Assembly: GCA_026416115.1 (NCBI GenBank)
Contig: JAOAFU010000080.1
Location: 15,899 to 79,898 of the forward strand
Length of the DNA: 64,000 nt
Reading direction: 5' to 3'
Origin: Bacteroidales bacterium
Lineage (GTDB): Bacteria; Bacteroidota; Bacteroidia; Bacteroidales; DTGW01
The first letter of the stretch is position 1. Each line of letters begins with the position of its first letter. This document shows, one piece after another, positions 59,999-64,000 of this stretch. The position numbers and the translations under genes are program-made. Below the pieces are notes generated by a model. The model ran no database searches, was not told the DNA's origin, and saw only the letters and a program-made list of their open reading frames with translations.

Positions 59999-60382
59999 AT
60001 GGAACTGGAATTTCAGCCCGAAGGACTCGATAAAATTCACGTTGTTGGCGATCGTGTGCTTATTAAACCAAGGACATTTCAGGAACGTACGTCGAGTGGA
60101 TTGTTTTTGCCTCCAGGAATACAGGAAAAAGAGAATATTATGTCGGGGTATGTGCTCAAAGTAGGCCCTGGTTATCCTATCCCCGCTATTTTTGATCCCG
60201 ATGAACCATGGAAAGAAAAATCCGATACGGTAAAATATGTACCGCTTCAGGCTAAGGAGGGAGATTTAGCTGTTTTTCTTCATAAGAGCGCATACGAGAT
60301 TGAGTTCGATAGAGAGAAATATTATGTTGTGCCTCACTCTGCCATTTTGTTGCTCATAAGAGACGAGGATTTATTTAAATGA
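59999..60382 (+). CDS. Cpn10/GroES-family protein (127 aa, with an internal insertion, no adjacent groEL)
   Basis: GDRVLIKP...TSSGLFLP......SGYVLKVGPG parallels the GroES sequence DRVIVKR...SAGGIVL....RGEVLAVGNG. The first ATG after the promoter box is at 59999; the track ORF starts at 59879, inside the divergent gene. Confidence 0.6.
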   Translation: MELEFQPEGLDKIHVVGDRVLIKPRTFQERTSSGLFLPPGIQEKENIMSGYVLKVGPGYPIPAIFDPDEPWKEKSDTVKYVPLQAKEGDLAVFLHKSAYEIEFDREKYYVVPHSAILLLIRDEDLFK

Positions 60383-60433
60383 AATCATACAGGAACCTAA
60401 AATACATCGAAGCATAAACCTATATAATATCGT

Positions 60434-61414
60434 ATGCAAAAAAAAGTTTTGGGTGTTGGTAATGCACTGGTAGACATACTCGTCAATATTGATGACAATT
60501 TTCTTGAGAAGAATCATCTGGCAAAGGGCTCAATGCAATTGGTTGATAAAGAGCGTATTGAAGAGCTTCTGACAAAGCTCGACAAGACCAATTTACAACA
60601 AGCTTCGGGAGGTTCGGCTGCCAATACTATATTTGGACTTAATGGTTTGGGTACCGAAACAGGTTATATTGGCAAAATAGGACATGACCCACTTGGAAAT
60701 TATTTTATTCAAGAGCTTAGTAAACAGAACATACTTTCTAAGGTATTGTATTCCGAGAAAACTGACACAGGAACAGCTCTAACGCTTATTACGCCCGATT
60801 CGGAACGGACTTTCGCAACTTATCTCGGGGCAGCTGTCGAACTGGGTGCTGACGATCTTCGTCCTTCCTTTTTTAAAGATTTCTCTCTCTTGCATCTCGA
60901 AGGTTATCTGGTATATAATCACCAGCTTATCGAGCATTCGATTCATTTAGCTAAAAATGAGGGCATGGAAATTTCTCTCGATCTTGCAAGTTATAATGTA
61001 GTTGAGGCAAATAAAGATTTTCTTTATCGCATAATAGAAGAAGCAGTAGATATTGTTTTTGCTAATGAGTTAGAAGCAAAAGCGTTAACCGGTAAAGAGC
61101 CTGAGGATGCTGTCGAAAAAATTGCTCAAATTTGTAAGGTGGCTGTAGTGAAGGTTGGTGCTAAAGGTTCTTGGGTAATGGTAGGTAAGGATAAATATTT
61201 TATCGAAGCCTTTAAAGTTAAAAGTATCGATACAACAGGAGCAGGAGACCTTTATGCAGCTGGCTTCCTACACGGATATCTTAATAATTGGCCGTGGATA
61301 TCCTGTGGAAAACTTGGTTCGCTTGTAGCAAGTGAGGTCATACAGGTAATAGGGGCCAAGGTACCCACCGAAAAATGGGAAGATATCAACAGGCTAAAAA
61401 CGACGATGGTTTAA
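60434..61414 (+). CDS. PfkB-family carbohydrate/nucleoside kinase (adenosine-kinase-like)
   Basis: N-terminal GxGNALVD and the C-terminal PfkB signature DTTGAGDLYAAGFLHG. Confidence 0.8.
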   Translation: MQKKVLGVGNALVDILVNIDDNFLEKNHLAKGSMQLVDKERIEELLTKLDKTNLQQASGGSAANTIFGLNGLGTETGYIGKIGHDPLGNYFIQELSKQNILSKVLYSEKTDTGTALTLITPDSERTFATYLGAAVELGADDLRPSFFKDFSLLHLEGYLVYNHQLIEHSIHLAKNEGMEISLDLASYNVVEANKDFLYRIIEEAVDIVFANELEAKALTGKEPEDAVEKIAQICKVAVVKVGAKGSWVMVGKDKYFIEAFKVKSIDTTGAGDLYAAGFLHGYLNNWPWISCGKLGSLVASEVIQVIGAKVPTEKWEDINRLKTTMV

Positions 61415-62365
61415 TTTTTCTACAAAGTAAAGTAGTTCTTTTTTTCTGTTTTGAGAAGCATCTACTTTTTCGAGATATTCAATAGCTTTTTGAAGATAGG
61501 CATTGATAGCTTGTTGAGTATCTTTATCGACTTCGAGGCTTATAAAGATAGATTTAACTCTTTTGATTTTTTCTTCCACTGATACATTTGGAGAAGAAAG
61601 CAAAAAATTTAATTCTTCTTGCTGTTTTTTATCGGCCTTTTCAAGTGCTTTGATGAGTAAATAAGTTTTTTTGTTTGAAGCTATGTCTTTTCCAATTTCT
61701 TTTCCCAATTCTTTTTCGCTGCCAAAGGAGTCGAGCAAATCGTCTTGTAGCTGAAAGGCAAGTCCAAGGTTGATACCAAATTCATATAATAGCTGTGCTT
61801 CATCCATTTTGGCACCACCAGCTATTGCACCAATTTTCAAGCAAGCTGCGAGCAGTACTGCTGTTTTAAGTTCGATCATTTTAAGATATTCCGTCTCGCT
61901 AACCCGGTCAATCGATTCGTAGTTCATGTCGTATTGTTGCCCCTCACATACCTTAAGTGCTGTGTCGTTAAAAACTGGCAATATATGAGTTAATTTATCG
62001 GAGGCAGTCTGGGCCAAAAGATGGTAAGCCAGGATGCACATGGCATCGCCCGAAAGAATAGCAACGTTTGTGTTCCATAATGTATGAACGGTTCGTTTCC
62101 CACGACGAAGCATTGCGTTATCCATTATATCGTCGTGGATAAGGGTAAAGTTGTGGAAAACTTCTAATGCCAGTGCTGCAGGTACTGCAACAGAAATATT
62201 ATCGGTAAAGAGGGAACAACTAAGTAACGTTAACCTCGGACGCAACCTTTTTCCTCCTAAAGTGAGGATATAATGTATTGGCTTGTATAACTCTTCGGGC
62301 CGACGATCTTTCGTAAGCTGCTGAAGCTCGTCTTCTATAATTTTTGAAATATCGATATTAGTCAT
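61394..62365 (-). CDS. Polyprenyl diphosphate synthase (trans-isoprenyl diphosphate synthase family)
   Basis: First and second Asp-rich motifs LIHDDIMD and FQLQDDLLD. It converges on the kinase gene and overlaps it by 21 nt. Confidence 0.85.
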   Translation of the reverse strand: MTNIDISKIIEDELQQLTKDRRPEELYKPIHYILTLGGKRLRPRLTLLSCSLFTDNISVAVPAALALEVFHNFTLIHDDIMDNAMLRRGKRTVHTLWNTNVAILSGDAMCILAYHLLAQTASDKLTHILPVFNDTALKVCEGQQYDMNYESIDRVSETEYLKMIELKTAVLLAACLKIGAIAGGAKMDEAQLLYEFGINLGLAFQLQDDLLDSFGSEKELGKEIGKDIASNKKTYLLIKALEKADKKQQEELNFLLSSPNVSVEEKIKRVKSIFISLEVDKDTQQAINAYLQKAIEYLEKVDASQNRKKELLYFVEKLNHRRF

Positions 62366-62420
62366 GAAACTAACTGCTGTAGTTTGTTAGCAAAGGTAGT
62401 AAAATATTAATAGTGCCCAA

Positions 62421-62455
62421 AAATATAAAAAGCATCTGTTTTTTTCAGATGCTTT
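62421..62455 (-). terminator. Rho-independent terminator downstream of tRNA-Leu (T-rich on both flanks)
   Basis: Stem AAAGCATCTG/CAGATGCTTT with a 7-nt loop. On the minus strand it is followed by TTTTATATTTTT. Confidence 0.7.
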
Positions 62456-62461
62456 CTTTTG

Positions 62462-62547
62462 TACCCGAAGCCGGAATCGAACCGGCACGGACATTTCTGC
62501 CCATAGGATTTTAAGTCCTACGTGTCTACCTATTCCACCATTCGGGC
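62462..62547 (-). tRNA. tRNA-Leu (anticodon TAA), class II with a long variable arm
   Basis: Reverse complement folds as GCCCGAA-TG-GTGG..CAC-G-TAGGA-CTTAAAA-TCCTA-(17-nt variable arm)-GCCGG-TTCGATT-CCGGC-TTCGGGT-A. Length 86 nt. Confidence 0.9.
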
Positions 62548-62582
62548 AACCTCATATCTTTTGACAAAGATAATCATAACCT

Positions 62583-62607
62583 AAAAAAAAATCCCGGAAA
62601 ACGGGAT
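62583..62607 (-). terminator. Short hairpin plus T-run between tRNA-Gly and tRNA-Leu (putative terminator)
   Basis: On the minus strand: ATCCCG-TTTTC-CGGGAT followed by 8-9 T. The stem is only 6 bp. Confidence 0.45.
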
Positions 62608-62615
62608 AAAATTAG

Positions 62616-62688
62616 AGCGGGAAACGGGACTCGGACCCGCGACCCCAACCTTGGCAAGGTTGTGCTCTACCAACTGAGCTATTCCCGC
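62616..62688 (-). tRNA. tRNA-Gly (anticodon GCC)
   Basis: Reverse complement folds as GCGGGAA-TA-GCTC-AGTTGGTA-GAGC-A-CAACC-TTGCCAA-GGTTG-GGGTC-GCGGG-TCCGAGT-CCCGT-TTCCCGC-T. The T-loop reads TCCGA rather than TTCGA. Confidence 0.85.
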
Positions 62689-62787
62689 ATTATGATTTAG
62701 AACTCTACAATCAAATTTTGGTGCTGCAAAAGTAAAAATCTTTTTAATTCTGACAAAAACTTGTCGCTAATTTTTTTATTCCTATGA

Positions 62788-63393
62788 TTAGAAATAAAAT
62801 CCGATGCGGATCTGGGGATTATCGTATGGCGAACGACTATCGTTGATAATATTATAAAGCAAAACAACATTGAACGATGAACGTCTACCCATGTGTTGCT
62901 TAAACCCTCCTCCCAAAAGTAATCCATGAACCCAAAAACGGTTTGAAGCTTTTACCAGATCGGGGTTCGAAAAATCTCGATCGAGATTAAGTATCTCATA
63001 TTCAACGTGAGAGAAAAACGAAAAATTGGGTTTCTGTTTATTTGATTTGTACATGGAGGTGTAAATAATATACTCGTCAAAGATCCTTCCTCCATATATC
63101 GACGACGAGATACGATCGTTATACCATTTTTCGCTATAGTATTCGTAGCTAACTCCTCCGCCAATTAGCATCTTTGGATTAACAAAGTATGCCACTTGAG
63201 GTGATATTGCAACAACCGAAACCGTACCTATCTGAAGGGTAAGATATCCACCCCAAACGACTTTATCCCATTTACGATCGGTAGGTCGAGGAGCTTTTTT
63301 TACTGAATCCTCACGAACCTGCCCCCATACCAAAGTCGAAGGAATAAGTATCAAAAATATAAGGGTACTAATTTTCCGTTTTGTGCAACCCAT
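62788..63393 (-). CDS. Small outer-membrane beta-barrel protein of unknown function
   Basis: Signal peptide (ISTLIFLILIPSTLVWGQ), alternating beta-strand pattern, and a C-terminal IRIGFYF aromatic terminus typical of OMPs. Confidence 0.55.
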   Translation of the reverse strand: MGCTKRKISTLIFLILIPSTLVWGQVREDSVKKAPRPTDRKWDKVVWGGYLTLQIGTVSVVAISPQVAYFVNPKMLIGGGVSYEYYSEKWYNDRISSSIYGGRIFDEYIIYTSMYKSNKQKPNFSFFSHVEYEILNLDRDFSNPDLVKASNRFWVHGLLLGGGFKQHMGRRSSFNVVLLYNIINDSRSPYDNPQIRIGFYF

Positions 63394-63632
63394 TGATATA
63401 TCTAAATTAAGTTGTTAATGTTATATTGCAATTGCGATACCATTTTTCACTAAACTATCAAAATTAACAAAATTTCATCTTTGTCAAAACATTGCCATAA
63501 TTTACCTCTAGATGTGATGGAGAGGAAATGTCGAAAAAATATCGATGTGTTTTCGAATTTGAGAATGTTTTTTTAGTTTAAGAGAAACAACCTTAAAATC
63601 TATTACTAAATTTGGAAGCAAATTTTCGAATC

Positions 63633-64000
63633 ATGAACTATTCGCAAGACAACCGCATTGTAATGACCCTCGACGCGGGTGGTACTAACTTTGTTTTTTC
63701 GGCTATTCAAGGAAACGAAGAGATAGTTGATCCTATTCGTATGCCTTCAGATGCCGATAATCTTGAAAAATGTCTTAATAACATTGTGAATGGATTTGCA
63801 GAGGTAAAAAATGTTTTGAAGAATAAACCGGTTGCTATCAGTTTTGCATTTCCTGGCCCTGCCGATTACGCCAATGGGATTATAGGAGATCTTGGCAATT
63901 TACCCTCGTTCAGGGGAGGCGTAGCGCTTGGCCCTATGCTCGAAGAGAAATTCAACATTCCTGTATTCATAAACAACGATGGGGATTTATTTGCATACGG
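63633..64000 (+). CDS. ROK family sugar kinase, N-terminal part (continues beyond the right window edge)
   Basis: Translation from ATG 63633 gives MNYSQDNRIVMTLDAGGTNFVF...ISFAFPGPADY...IPVFINNDGDLFAY (ROK/BadF-type ATPase phosphate-1 motif and NDG motif). The frame is open at the window end. Confidence 0.75.
   Translation, partial: MNYSQDNRIVMTLDAGGTNFVFSAIQGNEEIVDPIRMPSDADNLEKCLNNIVNGFAEVKNVLKNKPVAISFAFPGPADYANGIIGDLGNLPSFRGGVALGPMLEEKFNIPVFINNDGDLFAY

Noticed and set aside
62697-62927. 76-aa minus-strand ORF between tRNA-Gly and the OMP gene
   Set aside because: It overlaps the 3' end of the 201-aa OMP gene in another frame and starts within it. It has no signal or motif and is likely spurious.

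Overview
This window looks like core chromosome from a low-GC Bacteroidota genome; finer taxonomy cannot be judged by eye. The phylum call rests on a T9SS-type C-terminal sorting domain, a GldG homologue, a stand-alone atpD-atpC pair, a TonB-dependent receptor with a CarboxypepD_reg-type N-terminus, and Bacteroidota -7 promoter boxes (TAnnTTTG) 15-27 nt upstream of at least seven genes. I annotate about 50 protein genes, 3 tRNAs (His-GTG, Leu-TAA, Gly-GCC), several intrinsic terminators and the promoter boxes. Most genes are housekeeping: topA, a class A PBP, ung, priA, atpDC, mreBCD-mrdA-rodA, panC, cysS, recO, exbBD, dnaG and isoprenoid synthesis. I saw no CRISPR array, transposase, catalytic integrase or recognisable defence or toxin module, so no novel system is evident. 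The features most worth a second look are: (1) a GPH/MFS sugar symporter with a ~290-aa insert of cadherin/Ig-like repeats in the predicted periplasmic loop 5-6, directly upstream of a GH94 cellobiose phosphorylase; (2) a tightly packed SGNH/TPR, SxtJ-like, 49-aa SxtK/DUF5989-like (absent from the ORF track), carbamoyltransferase and ung operon whose carbamoylation target is unknown; (3) a P-II signal protein paired with the CstA transporter rather than AmtB; (4) an orphan fused ABC ATPase translationally coupled to an unknown 160-aa protein; (5) a hemerythrin/RIC-like protein overlapping a LuxR regulator with a degenerate receiver; (6) an ~800-bp non-coding stretch after tRNA-His; (7) a tRNA-Gly with C at near-invariant position 55. 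All family assignments come from motif recognition by eye, with no database search.
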